Counted from the stretch's first letter, positions 10,281 through 21,115 are shown. The stretch is 64,000 nucleotides of DNA from Candidatus Altimarinota bacterium (GCA_046314355.1 JBKBWQ010000001.1:256001-320000); one strand, 5' to 3'. The notes: generated from the letters alone by a model not told the origin. Numbers and translations are program-made.

Positions 10281-12362
10281 ATGGCTTCGACAGTTCCATT
10301 AGACAAAGTGCGAAACATAGGAATTATTGCACACATCGACGCGGGTAAAACAACTACTACCGAGCGAGTTCTTTTTTACACAGGTATCAACTATAAGATC
10401 GGAGAAGTACACGAAGGTGCTGCAACGATGGACTGGATGGAGCAGGAGCAGGAGAGAGGTATTACTATTACTTCTGCCGCTACAACATGTACTTGGAAAG
10501 ATATTTTGATCAATATTATTGATACACCAGGACACGTAGACTTTACAGTTGAGGTAGAGCGATCACTTCGAGTACTTGATGGAGGAGTTACAGTTATCGA
10601 CTCTTCACAGGGAGCAGAGCCACAGACTGAGACAGTATGGAGACAGGCTGACAAATATCAGGTACCGCGAATTATCTTTGCAAACAAGATGGATAAGACT
10701 GGTGGAGACTTCTTCATGTCTTTGAAATCTATTCATGAGAGACTTAGCCCAAATGCAATCCCTGTACAGCTTCCTATCGGACAGGAATCTGAATTTAGAG
10801 GAGTTGTAGACCTTGTAGCTTTAAAGGCATACAAATTTGAAGGAGCACATGGTGAGAAAGTAGTTGAAATTGATGTTCCTGCAGAGATGAAAGATCAGAT
10901 CGATGAATATAGAGCAGCTCTTATGGAGAAAGCCGCAGAAGGTAGCGATGAACTCACTGAAAAGTTTTTGAATGGTGAAGAGCTTACAATAGATGAATTG
11001 AAGCAGGGAATTAGAGCACTTACAGTTTCAAGCCAGATCTATCCAATGTTCTGTGGAACAGCTCTTCAGAATATGGGTGTACAGCTTGTACTTGATGGTG
11101 TCCGGGATTATCTTCCATCTCCGCTCGATGTTACTGGTATTACTGGTACGCATCCTAAGACAGGAGAGGCACTTACACGAGAGACTAATGATAAGGCCCC
11201 AATGACTGCTCTTGCATTTAAGATCATGGCAGATCCATTCGTAGGTCGACTTACTTTCGTACGAGTATATGCAGGAACATTAAAGTCAGGATCTTTCATC
11301 TTTAATCCTATTTCAGGAAAAAGAGAGCGAGTTGGACGACTTCTTCAGATGCATGCAAATCAGCGAAAAGAGATCGACGAGATTCCAGCTGGTCATATCG
11401 GAGCGGTAGTAGGACTTAAAGATACTAGAACAGGAGATACACTCTGTGATGAGGATAATCCTATTGCACTAGAGTCTATGACATTCCCTGAGCCAGTTAT
11501 CTCACTTTCTATCGAGCCAAAAACAAAGGCAGACCAGGAGAAAATGGGTATTGCACTTTCTCGATTATCAGAAGAGGATCCGACTTTCCGAGTACAGACT
11601 GATGAAGAGACAAACCAGACAATTATCCGAGGTATGGGTGAGCTTCACCTTGATATCATCGTAGACCGAATGAGAAGAGAGTTTAAAGTCGAGGCAAACA
11701 TTGGTGCACCTCAGGTAGCATATAGAGAGACTATTACGAAGGCAGTTGATGTTGAAGAGAAGTATTCAAAACAGACTGGTGGACGAGGACAGTATGGTCA
11801 TGTACTTATGAAAATTACTCCTCAGGAGCCAGGTAAGGGCTATGAGTTCGTGAACTCTGTAAAGGGAGGATCTATTCCAAATGAGTATATTCCTGCGGTT
11901 GATAAGGGTGTAAAAGAAGCTCTTACAAAGGGTGTAGTTGCTGGATACCCAGTAGTAGACGTAAAGGTTGAGCTCTATCATGGAACATATCATGATGTTG
12001 ACTCATCTGAGTTCGCCTTTAAGGCAGCAGGATCTATCGCTTTCCAGAAGGGATCAAGAGAAGCAGGACCTGTACTTCTTGAGCCGATCATGAAGGTTGA
12101 GGTAGTTACTCCTGAGCAGTATCTTGGAGACGTGATGGGTAACCTTTCATCTCGAAGAGGTCAGATCGAAGAGATGGGTGACCGAGGAACTGCGAAGTTC
12201 ATCAGAGCAAAGGTACCTCTATCTGCAATGTTCGGATATGCAACAGACCTCCGCTCACTTTCTCAGGGACGTGCAACGTCTTCTATGGAGTTTGATCATT
12301 ACGAGAAGGTACCACCGAATGTAGCTGAGAAGGTACGAGAAGAAAGAGGGATGAATAAGTAA
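10281..12362 (+). CDS. fusA: Elongation factor G
   Basis: [46 protein letters not shown]; full five-domain length. Confidence 0.99.
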   Translation: MASTVPLDKVRNIGIIAHIDAGKTTTTERVLFYTGINYKIGEVHEGAATMDWMEQEQERGITITSAATTCTWKDILINIIDTPGHVDFTVEVERSLRVLDGGVTVIDSSQGAEPQTETVWRQADKYQVPRIIFANKMDKTGGDFFMSLKSIHERLSPNAIPVQLPIGQESEFRGVVDLVALKAYKFEGAHGEKVVEIDVPAEMKDQIDEYRAALMEKAAEGSDELTEKFLNGEELTIDELKQGIRALTVSSQIYPMFCGTALQNMGVQLVLDGVRDYLPSPLDVTGITGTHPKTGEALTRETNDKAPMTALAFKIMADPFVGRLTFVRVYAGTLKSGSFIFNPISGKRERVGRLLQMHANQRKEIDEIPAGHIGAVVGLKDTRTGDTLCDEDNPIALESMTFPEPVISLSIEPKTKADQEKMGIALSRLSEEDPTFRVQTDEETNQTIIRGMGELHLDIIVDRMRREFKVEANIGAPQVAYRETITKAVDVEEKYSKQTGGRGQYGHVLMKITPQEPGKGYEFVNSVKGGSIPNEYIPAVDKGVKEALTKGVVAGYPVVDVKVELYHGTYHDVDSSEFAFKAAGSIAFQKGSREAGPVLLEPIMKVEVVTPEQYLGDVMGNLSSRRGQIEEMGDRGTAKFIRAKVPLSAMFGYATDLRSLSQGRATSSMEFDHYEKVPPNVAEKVREERGMNK

Positions 12363-12461
12363 GCATTTCCCCGCGAATGTAGTGAGTGGAATGGAAATGC
12401 TTATCCCTGTACTGATATGCATCAGCATAAACTCCGGCGGGGAGCCAGAGTATCGATGAAT
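12360..12461. other. GC-rich cluster of three hairpins (REP-like element or small structured RNA)
   Basis: taagcatttcc/ggaaatgctta stem, ctgat-atgc-atcag, actccggc/gccagagt. Confidence 0.5.
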
Positions 12462-12477
12462 ATGAAACTAACTCACC

Positions 12478-12509
12478 AAAAAAACCTGTCAGCAATGACA
12501 GGTTTTTTT
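12478..12509 (+). terminator. Intrinsic terminator after fusA
   Basis: aaaaaaacctgtca-gcaa-tgacaggttttttt. Confidence 0.9.
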
Positions 12510-12565
12510 GTATGTAATGTACGTGTTATGATATAATACTATGATATGATTTATATTAATGTGCT

Positions 12566-14686
12566 ATGTCAGATTTTTCAAAAGAGGTAATAAATTCAGT
12601 TCTTCCGATTGATGCTTTTAAGGACACTTTTAATAATCTAGGAAAAGAAGTTACAGATGGTTTAAAGAAAAATCTCACTGATACTGTTAAAACAGGATTA
12701 AAAGAACTAAATACTAGTATTATTGCTCCAGCGGTAATGCCTAAAATGCTCTCTCTAGTAAAAAGCTTTGAGTCACTTATTGGCGGATTTAAAAAGAAAA
12801 ACGAAAATAATCCGGTCTTCGATTTTCTCTTGTCACCGGTAGAAGATGGAATACAAATAGCACAGGATGAGGCTACAGCAAACTTACTTGGAAAGGATTC
12901 AAAAGATACAACATTAAAGCTTGAGGATGTAGCCGCTGCACAGTTTCCAAATGAAGATATGAAAGTTGCTATCTTTAAGAAATTGACTGGAAATGAGGTT
13001 GATCCAAAAAATATGCCATTAAATACGGGAGTAAAAATTCGACAAAGTTATATTGAAAAACTCTTAAAGAAGGATACACCTTTTATGAAAGAGTATCTCA
13101 ATACAACTTCAGTAGCTCATTTTATACCAGACACTTCTATTACCAAGATCAAAGTACTGCACCCTAAAACAAGTATGTTTGCTAAGGTTGAGAGTGAGAT
13201 CTATACGCGAGAAGAGAAAGATGGGAAAATAGAGTTTGTAAGCAATGGACGGGTATTAAAACTCAATGAGATGACTGCTTTTAAAGTAGAAGAAAAAGGC
13301 GAGCGTAAGAACTTAGAGATCCAATTTGATGAAACAAAGAGAATAGTATCAAATGAATATTCAGGAGGGGCAAATCTTGATTCAGATCGAGGAAGATTTG
13401 TATATAAAACCTATAAAACAATTGATACTAAGACTCTAGGACAACCGCAGGAAGTAGCTTGTCATGCAACTGCGAGCAAAATCATGGAAAAGATTTCAGG
13501 CGAGAAAATAGACATGGGAAAAAAGCCAATATTTGTAAATAAACAGGCAACACCTGATATGCTTGCCCGTACAAGTATTCCAAATAAAATTAAAGAGTTA
13601 AATCTTCAGCCTGGAACTGCATTTTGGATTAAACTGCAGCCTGGTACAAATGATCCAACATCTCAGTTAAGTGCAAGCGGAAACCATTGGTTTACATATA
13701 TTGGAAATAATCCCACCTCTGGAGAGCCTCAGTTCGTAGATCAATACGGTGTTCAAACAGCTTTAGGGATGGAGTACACGAATTCAGCAAAATATAAAAA
13801 TGGTCGATACCTTCATGCTATTTTCACTCCAAATGAAGCTACTCTCCAAGCAAAACTTAACCAATATGTGGCGAGTAACCCTTTGAAGAAAGTAGATCCT
13901 AATAATGTAAAAGAGATTCTCAGTGATCATACGGCTTTTGAAAGGGAAGTACTACATGATGCAAGCGGTACTATCCGTCCTTGGAAAGAAATCCAAGATA
14001 TGATTATGAAAAATCCACAGTGGAAGACATACTATATGGATTGGCATGCTAAACAGAATGCAGAAGCTGCTAAAAAGACTAAGCAGCTATTCTCAGACTT
14101 ACCTGCAGGTGCTCTTGAGAGTACACAGCAAGGTGTAGAGAAATATGGTGTAAATGTCTTTTCGACAAAGACCTATAAAGAAGGAGAAAAGACACCATAT
14201 GCAAATTTTGGTAACACTAAGTATGGAGAAAATATCTTTAAAAAACCTATTGGCATTGTCACTCACTTCACGGCAGGAAACTCTGTAGGAAGTGCTCTTA
14301 ATACATGGAATGGTACGGGTGATAAACATACTTCTGTGCACTATATTATTGATAAAAAAGGAGATATTCTTCAACTCGGACCAGATAACAGAATAGTAAA
14401 AGGAGCTGCTGGAGATTATCCTCCAAGATTTTATAATGCGGCTTTCATCCAGATTGAAGTAGTTGCTAATCAGTATAGTGACATTAACAAAAAACAAATG
14501 AATGCACTTCTGGCTCTCGAAGCTGCAAAAGCAAAACAGTATAATATTCCTACAAATAATATTGTGGGACATGGAGAAATAGAAGAACACGACCATGAAA
14601 GCCATGGAGGTGCTATGGACCGTACTGATTTTACATCATCGCAGATCGCTAAGCTAAGGCAGGATATTACACCTTATTTAGCGTAA
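12566..14686 (+). CDS. Multidomain peptidoglycan hydrolase: central NlpC/P60-CHAP-like Cys-His domain plus C-terminal Amidase_2
   Basis: C-terminal IVTHFTAG, SVHYIIDKKGDI, IQIEVV, IVGHGEI (zinc amidase); central ACHATAS...NHWFTYIG...FVDQ; no signal peptide. Confidence 0.75.
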   Translation: MSDFSKEVINSVLPIDAFKDTFNNLGKEVTDGLKKNLTDTVKTGLKELNTSIIAPAVMPKMLSLVKSFESLIGGFKKKNENNPVFDFLLSPVEDGIQIAQDEATANLLGKDSKDTTLKLEDVAAAQFPNEDMKVAIFKKLTGNEVDPKNMPLNTGVKIRQSYIEKLLKKDTPFMKEYLNTTSVAHFIPDTSITKIKVLHPKTSMFAKVESEIYTREEKDGKIEFVSNGRVLKLNEMTAFKVEEKGERKNLEIQFDETKRIVSNEYSGGANLDSDRGRFVYKTYKTIDTKTLGQPQEVACHATASKIMEKISGEKIDMGKKPIFVNKQATPDMLARTSIPNKIKELNLQPGTAFWIKLQPGTNDPTSQLSASGNHWFTYIGNNPTSGEPQFVDQYGVQTALGMEYTNSAKYKNGRYLHAIFTPNEATLQAKLNQYVASNPLKKVDPNNVKEILSDHTAFEREVLHDASGTIRPWKEIQDMIMKNPQWKTYYMDWHAKQNAEAAKKTKQLFSDLPAGALESTQQGVEKYGVNVFSTKTYKEGEKTPYANFGNTKYGENIFKKPIGIVTHFTAGNSVGSALNTWNGTGDKHTSVHYIIDKKGDILQLGPDNRIVKGAAGDYPPRFYNAAFIQIEVVANQYSDINKKQMNALLALEAAKAKQYNIPTNNIVGHGEIEEHDHESHGGAMDRTDFTSSQIAKLRQDITPYLA

Positions 14687-14746
14687 TATATTGCGCTTCT
14701 TGCTCTTTTTCCCTAAACTAACGCCATATACAATTATAGTGTTTTT

Positions 14747-15829
14747 ATGAAAGCAATTCTCCTCTGTGGTGGTGGTGGTACTCGTCTATGGCCTCTGAGC
14801 CGTGAAAAAAAGCCAAAGCAGTTTCATAGACTTGTACGTAATAATTCTCTTATTCAGGAGGCTGTCTTACGTATCAAAGATATTATCCCAATGAAGGATG
14901 TCTATATTTCTACAAATAAGGATTTTGTGGATGAGATCAATTTTCAGCTGATGGGTATTCCTCAGGAGAACATCATTACGGAACCATGCCGAAGAGATAA
15001 TGCTGCTGCGGTCGGACTTTCTCTCGCAAAGATCCAGAAGGACCTCTCAGGAAGCGGAGAAACGGTTGCTATTCTCTACTCAGATCAGATTTACCAGAAT
15101 GAACCAGGATTTTTAGAATTACTAAAAAAAGGAGATTCTTTTTGTCAGGCGAATAAAGATACATTTTTGACTGTAGGTGTACGACCAACTTATCCAGCTA
15201 CTCAGTTCGGATATATCAAGATGAAGACTGAGGAACTTCAGCAGGGAGTATATAAAGTAGATGCTTTTGTAGAAAAACCTGATGAGGAACGTGCAAAAAA
15301 ATTTGCAGCATCTTGGGAGTACCTCTGGAATACAGGACTATTTATGGCAGATAGCAGTTTCTTTTTTTCTCTTTATGAGAAGTTTCTTCCCTCCATCTAT
15401 GAGAACCTTATCAAGTTACAGGAAGTCATGGATACACCAGCATACAAAGATAAAGTTGCTGAGATCTATCCTCAGCTAGAGAAGATATCCATAGACTATG
15501 GGATCGTAGAAAAGCTGGATAAAGTAGCTGTGATCCCAGCTGATGACCTTGGGTGGGATGATGTAGGAAACTGGCAGGTCCTCCGTGAAGTGCAGGTTGC
15601 ACAGCAAGACCCGCAAGGCAATGTAACCCAGGGAAATGTCATGATGCATGACACAAAAAATTCTTTGATCTACAACAATAATAATAAACTTCTAGTCACG
15701 ATTGGGCTGGAGAATATGGTTGTCGTAGATACTCCAGATGCAACGCTTATTATGCCCGCTGACCGTTCTGCAGATGTAAAAAAGATTGTAGAAGAACTGC
15801 AGAAAAGAGGTATGAATGAATATTTGTAA
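14747..15829 (+). CDS. manC: Mannose-1-phosphate guanylyltransferase
   Basis: CGGGGTRLWPLSREKKPKQF, EPCRRDNA, FVEKP, WNTG, ISIDYGIVEK, GWDDVGNW. Confidence 0.95.
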   Translation: MKAILLCGGGGTRLWPLSREKKPKQFHRLVRNNSLIQEAVLRIKDIIPMKDVYISTNKDFVDEINFQLMGIPQENIITEPCRRDNAAAVGLSLAKIQKDLSGSGETVAILYSDQIYQNEPGFLELLKKGDSFCQANKDTFLTVGVRPTYPATQFGYIKMKTEELQQGVYKVDAFVEKPDEERAKKFAASWEYLWNTGLFMADSSFFFSLYEKFLPSIYENLIKLQEVMDTPAYKDKVAEIYPQLEKISIDYGIVEKLDKVAVIPADDLGWDDVGNWQVLREVQVAQQDPQGNVTQGNVMMHDTKNSLIYNNNNKLLVTIGLENMVVVDTPDATLIMPADRSADVKKIVEELQKRGMNEYL

Positions 15830-15898
15830 TTTTTTGTACAGATATGATAGATACTGCTCTGAAAGGAGCTTAGATTTTAAGTACATGATGTAATTCTT

Positions 15899-16648
15899 AT
15901 GTCTAAACATAATAAATGGTCTCAGATTAAGAGAAAAAAAGCAGTCACTGATATGAAAAGAGGGCAGGCGTTTACGAAGCTCTCGAAGCTTATCAGTATT
16001 GCTGCAAAGCAAGGCGGCGGTAGTCCTGATACAAATCCTGGTCTTGCACTCCTGCTTCAAAAAGCGAAATCTGCAAATATGACAAAGGATCTTATTGAGC
16101 GCGCAGTTAAAAAAGGCTTAGGTGAAGGAGCTGCTGCATTGGATATTCAAGAAGTACTTTATGAAGGCTATGCCCCCTATGGAGTAGCCATAATAGTAAA
16201 AGCACTTACAGAGAACCGTACCCGAACTGTGGGAAATATCCGTCATATTTTTTCTAAGTATGGCGGCGAATTTGGAGATACAGGCTCAGTAAGCTTTCTT
16301 TTTCAAAAAAGAGGTCTTATTGAAGTGAGTTATACTTCTCACATGATTGATGAACTAGAACTCAGTGCTATTGATGCTGGAGCAGTAGACTTTGATGAAA
16401 TAGAAGAGGGACGAATACAGATTATTATGGAAGTTGCAGATATGCATCGTGTTAAAAATGCAGTAGAAAAAATAGATGATATCATAATAGAAGATATGAA
16501 AATCTCATACCTGCCTACTATGGAATGTGAAATATCCTCAAAGGAAGTCCTTACAGAAGTTATGGATTTTCTTGATCTTATTGAAGAAAATGAGGATGTA
16601 GATGAAGTATTTACCAATATTAAGGTTGCGGAAGGAGTAAGCGAATGA
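15899..16648 (+). CDS. yebC: YebC/PmpR family protein
   Basis: MSKHNKWSQIKRKK, YEGYAPYGVA, TENRTRT, DVDEVFTN; ends at TGA. Confidence 0.95.
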   Translation: MSKHNKWSQIKRKKAVTDMKRGQAFTKLSKLISIAAKQGGGSPDTNPGLALLLQKAKSANMTKDLIERAVKKGLGEGAAALDIQEVLYEGYAPYGVAIIVKALTENRTRTVGNIRHIFSKYGGEFGDTGSVSFLFQKRGLIEVSYTSHMIDELELSAIDAGAVDFDEIEEGRIQIIMEVADMHRVKNAVEKIDDIIIEDMKISYLPTMECEISSKEVLTEVMDFLDLIEENEDVDEVFTNIKVAEGVSE

Positions 16649-16676
16649 TGAAAGTTTGTATTAAGGGGGTATACGC

Positions 16677-16715
16677 CTCTTAATTACTCAATTACTCTCT
16701 TACTCAATTACTTCC
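16677..16715. repeat. Short imperfect tandem repeat of AATTACTC
   Basis: taattactc-aattactc-tcttactc-aattacttc. Confidence 0.6.
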
Positions 16716-16757
16716 TTTATGATATACTGATATGAAGTCATATCTATCATTATTTTC

Positions 16758-18296
16758 ATGCCTGAATCTAAGGAACAAATAAATAACGTTGAAAAGACCA
16801 AGGGATTATCAAATATTCTTGCAGATGCGCAGAATGAATTTGTGAAAAGTGATCTTGATGCCTTGAAAAACCGTATGAATTTTTCAGCCTCTTTAGATAG
16901 TGTGAATCTCAAGGAACTACCAAAGGAGAATGAAACAAAGAACTTTGAAGGTTTTCAGTGGGAAGTGGTGCATCTTGCTGCTTATTTTGTTCGAAAACTC
17001 AATGTCCCCGTTAATTTGGTAAAGGATCTATATAAAGGTACTTTACCAAAGGAGCAACTTCCTCCAAAGCTGCAGCTTGTATACGCAAAAGTACAGGAAC
17101 TTGGAAAACTGGGTGCAGTGTCTCCTGTGTACGGCAAGGTCTTTGATTCATGGGAAAGTAATGTCACACAGTACATCCAGCCTCATGCGCAAAGCATATT
17201 GAAGGTATACAATGAGGATTCCATTTTAGATTACTTACCAGCTCAATTCAAAGATATCAATCCCATAACGGGAGGTTTATTAGGTGGCGGACTTGCTCTT
17301 GCCTACATGGTAATAAAGAAGATCAATGGTGAAAAAGGTGAGTCTTTAGATCTTGGAAAAATGCTAGGAATGATATTTGGTGGTACAGCTCTCGGTGCGC
17401 TTGGAGGTTTTATTCCTGGGCTTACTACCGGAGTAAAAAACATACAAAATAATTTAACTACTGTAAGTACTGCTATTCAAGAGAGTAAAAAGCAGGAATC
17501 AAATGATCAGGTACCAGCCAGTCCTCCCATCCCACTATCCTCTAAAGCTCCTACACAAAAAGAAATTTACACAAAAGTTCTAAATCCTAATGGTATAGCA
17601 TTAAATAGTCTTGATGCTGAGCAGGCTTATACAATGACTAAAAATATATTTGGAAATGGTCACGGTGCATCCGCATTAATTTATTTAGATAAAACCTTTG
17701 GTGGTTCAGGTGAATTGGTAAAACGTGAAACTGCTCTTGCTCATCATGAAGGAGGCTTTCACTGGTATATTAAAAATGCAGATCCGGTAAGTGGTAATAA
17801 TACTGGCACTTTTCAAATTGGAGGCTCAGGTACGACTCCAGAGATGAGTAAAAAAATATATGATGGAAAAATAACAAGTGGTATTAATTACTATGAAAAA
17901 CTCGCATCTGTTCAAGTAGATAAAAAGAATCTTAGTAATGCGGATAGAGATGTATTTAGTCACATTGGACATATTCTTGAAAGAGAACCCTTTATAAAAG
18001 GACTTACACCAGCTACTTTATCAAAATTATCCGGTAGTAATAGAGCAGTACTGCAGCCCGCATATGAGACTATGAATGCGTGGCTTACAAAACATCCAGA
18101 GTGGAAGAGTAAACAAGGAGCAATCTTTGCTATGCTTAACGACAAAAGTTTATCAGATACAGATGTAAAGGCATTAATGCAGTGTATTATTCAAGGAGGT
18201 TCTGCCAAAGCAATTGGTTCTGATGTTCTCGCTCTTACCAGAAAAGGAAAAATGAAGGTTGCAGAAAAATATACCAAAGAGGTTAGAGTTGCGTAA
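16758..18296 (+). CDS. Membrane-associated protein with glycine-zipper TM pair and probable C-terminal lysozyme/lytic-transglycosylase-like domain
   Basis: GGLLGGGLALAYMVI and GMIFGGTALGALGGFIPG; ALAHHEGGF...NADP...NTGTFQI resembles the catalytic E plus GxxQ of lysozyme-fold enzymes. Confidence 0.6.
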   Translation: MPESKEQINNVEKTKGLSNILADAQNEFVKSDLDALKNRMNFSASLDSVNLKELPKENETKNFEGFQWEVVHLAAYFVRKLNVPVNLVKDLYKGTLPKEQLPPKLQLVYAKVQELGKLGAVSPVYGKVFDSWESNVTQYIQPHAQSILKVYNEDSILDYLPAQFKDINPITGGLLGGGLALAYMVIKKINGEKGESLDLGKMLGMIFGGTALGALGGFIPGLTTGVKNIQNNLTTVSTAIQESKKQESNDQVPASPPIPLSSKAPTQKEIYTKVLNPNGIALNSLDAEQAYTMTKNIFGNGHGASALIYLDKTFGGSGELVKRETALAHHEGGFHWYIKNADPVSGNNTGTFQIGGSGTTPEMSKKIYDGKITSGINYYEKLASVQVDKKNLSNADRDVFSHIGHILEREPFIKGLTPATLSKLSGSNRAVLQPAYETMNAWLTKHPEWKSKQGAIFAMLNDKSLSDTDVKALMQCIIQGGSAKAIGSDVLALTRKGKMKVAEKYTKEVRVA

Positions 18297-18341
18297 ACCT
18301 GCTGTATTTGCTAGTATAGAATCGAATTATTAATTGAAACT

Positions 18342-19040
18342 ATGGAACGCAAATATATCATCCTAAAAGCAATCATAGAGAGCTTTATTGTATCCGCTGA
18401 ACCTATCGGATCCAAGTTTTTATTGGGATCTACGGAGCTTGATGTTAGTCCTGCTACTATCCGTAATGATATGGCGACCTTAGAAAAGATGGGACTTATC
18501 TACCAGCCGTATACATCAGCGGGACGAGTACCTACAACTAAGGGATTTAGAATGTACGTGGATGAGCTTATGGGCGACCTGCATGCAGCAGCGATGGATC
18601 AAAAAGCATTAGCTAAGAATCATATCGAAAGACGTGTGACTGAGGATAAGATATACCATTCCGTTAGTCTTCTTTCCCGTACCTGTGCAAATGTAAGTTT
18701 TGCAACAATTCCAAATTTAAAGAAATCCTACTTTCTAGGATTATCAAATATGCTTCAGACACCTGAATTTCAGCGTTCTATTGAGGCATACACGGTGATC
18801 AAGATCCTTGAGGACTCTGATCAGTTCATTGACCTCTTAAGCGATCTACCGATCGATACAACGACAAAAGTATTTATTGGAGAAGAAAACATTATTCCTG
18901 AAATTCAGAGCTGCAGTCTGATAGCTACAACCTTTGAACTTCCTGAGCTTGGTAGAGGAGTCATCGGTATTCTTGGACCGAAAAGAATGAACTATGCCTT
19001 TAATATGGCAACACTTGAGATGGTAAGAAATAATCTCTAA
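18342..19040 (+). CDS. hrcA: Heat-inducible transcription repressor HrcA (compact form)
   Basis: AEPIGSK, SPATIRNDMATLE, QPYTSAGRVPT, VFIGEEN, GILGPKRMNY. Confidence 0.93.
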   Translation: MERKYIILKAIIESFIVSAEPIGSKFLLGSTELDVSPATIRNDMATLEKMGLIYQPYTSAGRVPTTKGFRMYVDELMGDLHAAAMDQKALAKNHIERRVTEDKIYHSVSLLSRTCANVSFATIPNLKKSYFLGLSNMLQTPEFQRSIEAYTVIKILEDSDQFIDLLSDLPIDTTTKVFIGEENIIPEIQSCSLIATTFELPELGRGVIGILGPKRMNYAFNMATLEMVRNNL

Positions 19041-19060
19041 AATAATTTGATTTAAAACAA

Positions 19061-19090
19061 AAAAACGCCATTCTCTCGAATGACGTTTTT
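19061..19090. terminator. Bidirectional terminator between convergent hrcA and ftsH
   Basis: aaaaacgcca...tgacgttttt imperfect hairpin with A and T tracts. Confidence 0.65.
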
Positions 19091-19097
19091 TATATAC

Positions 19098-21026
19098 TTA
19101 TGCGATTACTTCACCTTTGATATGCTTATGTAATCCCGGTTTCACAGGAACTTTTGCATTATACTTAGTAAAGTATTCTATAAACTCCTCTTCATTGATC
19201 TCCTCTTTTTTCAGAAGATCCGTCGCGGCTTCATCAATGAGGTCTTTGTAAGTTACTACAATATCCTTTGTAGTGTTGTAAGCTGTATCAAGAATCGCCC
19301 GTACTTCATCATCGATGATCTTTGCTGTTTCATCGCTATAGATCTTAGATTCTCCAAGATCTCTTCCTAGGAAGACATTTTTTCGGGTTTCTAGCACCAT
19401 TGGTCCAATCTTAGAACTCATACCGTATTCAGTGACCATCTTACGTGCAAGTTCAGATGCTCTTTCGAGGTCATTTGATGCACCTGTGGTGATTAGATGT
19501 GCCCCAAAGAATATTTCTTCAGCGACACGTCCTCCAAGGAGAGAACAGATCTCCTGTTCAAATTTGATCTTAGACTGAAGATGTACATCTTCTTCAGGTA
19601 GGAACCATGTCACACCAAGCGCCATACCTCTAGAGACCACAGAGATTTTATGTACTGGATCACAGTAAGGAAGCATGTGTCCAACTACTGCGTGTCCCAA
19701 TTCATGGTACGCTGTAATCTTCTTCTCTTCATCTGAGAGTCTTCGAGACTTTCTTTCTGGTCCGATAGTTACCTTTTCAATCGCTTCAGTTACAAGCGGC
19801 ATTGAGATTTCCTTTAGATTTCTTTTTGCTGCGAGTATTGCACTTTCATTCAAAAGATTTTCAAGATCAGCACCAGTAAATCCTGGAGTTTTTTTAGCAA
19901 TAGTCTTCATATCCACATCCACTGTAAGCGGTTTCTTTCTTGCATGAACCTTAAGGATCTCCTCACGTTCAACAACATTTGGTCTATCAATAACTACTCG
20001 CTTATCAAATCGTCCAGGACGAAGTAGGGCAGAGTCTAGAATATCAGGTCTATTCGTACCAGCGATTACAATTACACTTGTATCATTTTCAAATCCATCC
20101 ATTTCTGTAAGAATTTGATTGAGTGTCTGTTCACGCTCGTCATGTCCTCCTCCCATACCAGCACCACGCTGTCTACCTACTGCATCAATTTCATCTATAA
20201 AGATAATAGATGGAGCAAACTTCTTAGCTTTTTTGAAGAGATCTCGTACTCGTGAAGCACCAACACCTACAAACATTTCTACGAACTCAGATCCTGAGAT
20301 ACTAAAGAAAGGTACGTCTGCTTCACCTGCCACAGCTCGTGCAAGTAATGTTTTACCTGTTCCTGGAGGGCCGAATAAAAGTACTCCTTTAGGAATCTTT
20401 GCTCCCATCTTTGTATACTTCTTTGGACTTTTCAAAAAATCTACTACATCCGCAAGCTCCTCTTTTGCTTCCTCTGCACCTGCCACATCAGCAAAAGTAG
20501 TTTTATTTTTCTCCTTATCGTTGAGACGCGCCTTACTTTGACCAAAACTAAAGGCAGAGTTTGCTGATCCTTGAGCCTGCTTTAATACAAAAAGCAGAAT
20601 GACTGCAAGTAGTACAAAAGGAAGTAGCCCTCCAATAATATTTATAATCTTGTTTTCAGTTGTACGGTCTTTTGTCTCTAATCCGACTGGTGATACCTCC
20701 ATTTTTACAGGATCATCCAGGAAGCCCAAAACTTTTACATCCTCAATGGAAGTACCAGTTGGAACAGTTGCAACGTATTTCTGGCTGTCTTTTGCTTCTC
20801 CAATAAGTTTGTTGGCATCAAGCACAACTCTCTGTACTTCACCTGCTTTGTACTTTTGCTGAAGCTCACTGATAGTTACATCCTGAGATTTAGTATTATT
20901 TCCGTAAGGGCTTAAAAGTGTTACAGCTCCTGCTATGGCCAAAGCCACAATGAGGAATATAACGAAATTATTCGGCCGCTGCATCTTTGGTCCGCGACTT
21001 GAAGGTGTATTATTTGATTCTTTCAT
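19098..21026 (-). CDS. ftsH: ATP-dependent zinc metalloprotease FtsH
   Basis: Two TM helices, [26 protein letters not shown]; start moved to ATG 21026, downstream of promoter and operator. Confidence 0.98.
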   Translation of the reverse strand: MKESNNTPSSRGPKMQRPNNFVIFLIVALAIAGAVTLLSPYGNNTKSQDVTISELQQKYKAGEVQRVVLDANKLIGEAKDSQKYVATVPTGTSIEDVKVLGFLDDPVKMEVSPVGLETKDRTTENKIINIIGGLLPFVLLAVILLFVLKQAQGSANSAFSFGQSKARLNDKEKNKTTFADVAGAEEAKEELADVVDFLKSPKKYTKMGAKIPKGVLLFGPPGTGKTLLARAVAGEADVPFFSISGSEFVEMFVGVGASRVRDLFKKAKKFAPSIIFIDEIDAVGRQRGAGMGGGHDEREQTLNQILTEMDGFENDTSVIVIAGTNRPDILDSALLRPGRFDKRVVIDRPNVVEREEILKVHARKKPLTVDVDMKTIAKKTPGFTGADLENLLNESAILAAKRNLKEISMPLVTEAIEKVTIGPERKSRRLSDEEKKITAYHELGHAVVGHMLPYCDPVHKISVVSRGMALGVTWFLPEEDVHLQSKIKFEQEICSLLGGRVAEEIFFGAHLITTGASNDLERASELARKMVTEYGMSSKIGPMVLETRKNVFLGRDLGESKIYSDETAKIIDDEVRAILDTAYNTTKDIVVTYKDLIDEAATDLLKKEEINEEEFIEYFTKYNAKVPVKPGLHKHIKGEVIA

Positions 21027-21055
21027 TTGAATATGACTATAAATTGAAAGTGTTT

Positions 21056-21082
21056 CTGGCACTCGTCCATGAAGAGTGCTCT
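21056..21082 (-). promoter_or_regulatory. CIRCE operator (HrcA site) upstream of ftsH
   Basis: Minus strand agaGCACTC-ttcatggac-GAGTGCcag matches the GCACTC-N9-GAGTGC core of TTAGCACTC-N9-GAGTGCTAA. Confidence 0.8.
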
Positions 21083-21087
21083 TTATC

Positions 21088-21115
21088 ATTGTAGTGAAAG
21101 TTTGAGAATCTGCAA
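21088..21115 (-). promoter_or_regulatory. Sigma70-type promoter of ftsH
   Basis: TTGCAG-N16-TACAAT on the minus strand directly upstream of CIRCE. Confidence 0.6.

Noticed and set aside
12405-12480. Hammerhead ribozyme (ctga...gaaac)
   Set aside because: The CUGANGA core is absent (ctgatat) and the stems do not fit the topology
16646-16651. UGA-to-Gly recoding (code 25, as in Gracilibacteria/SR1)
   Set aside because: Core genes are full length in code 11, and yebC ends at TGA at its expected length
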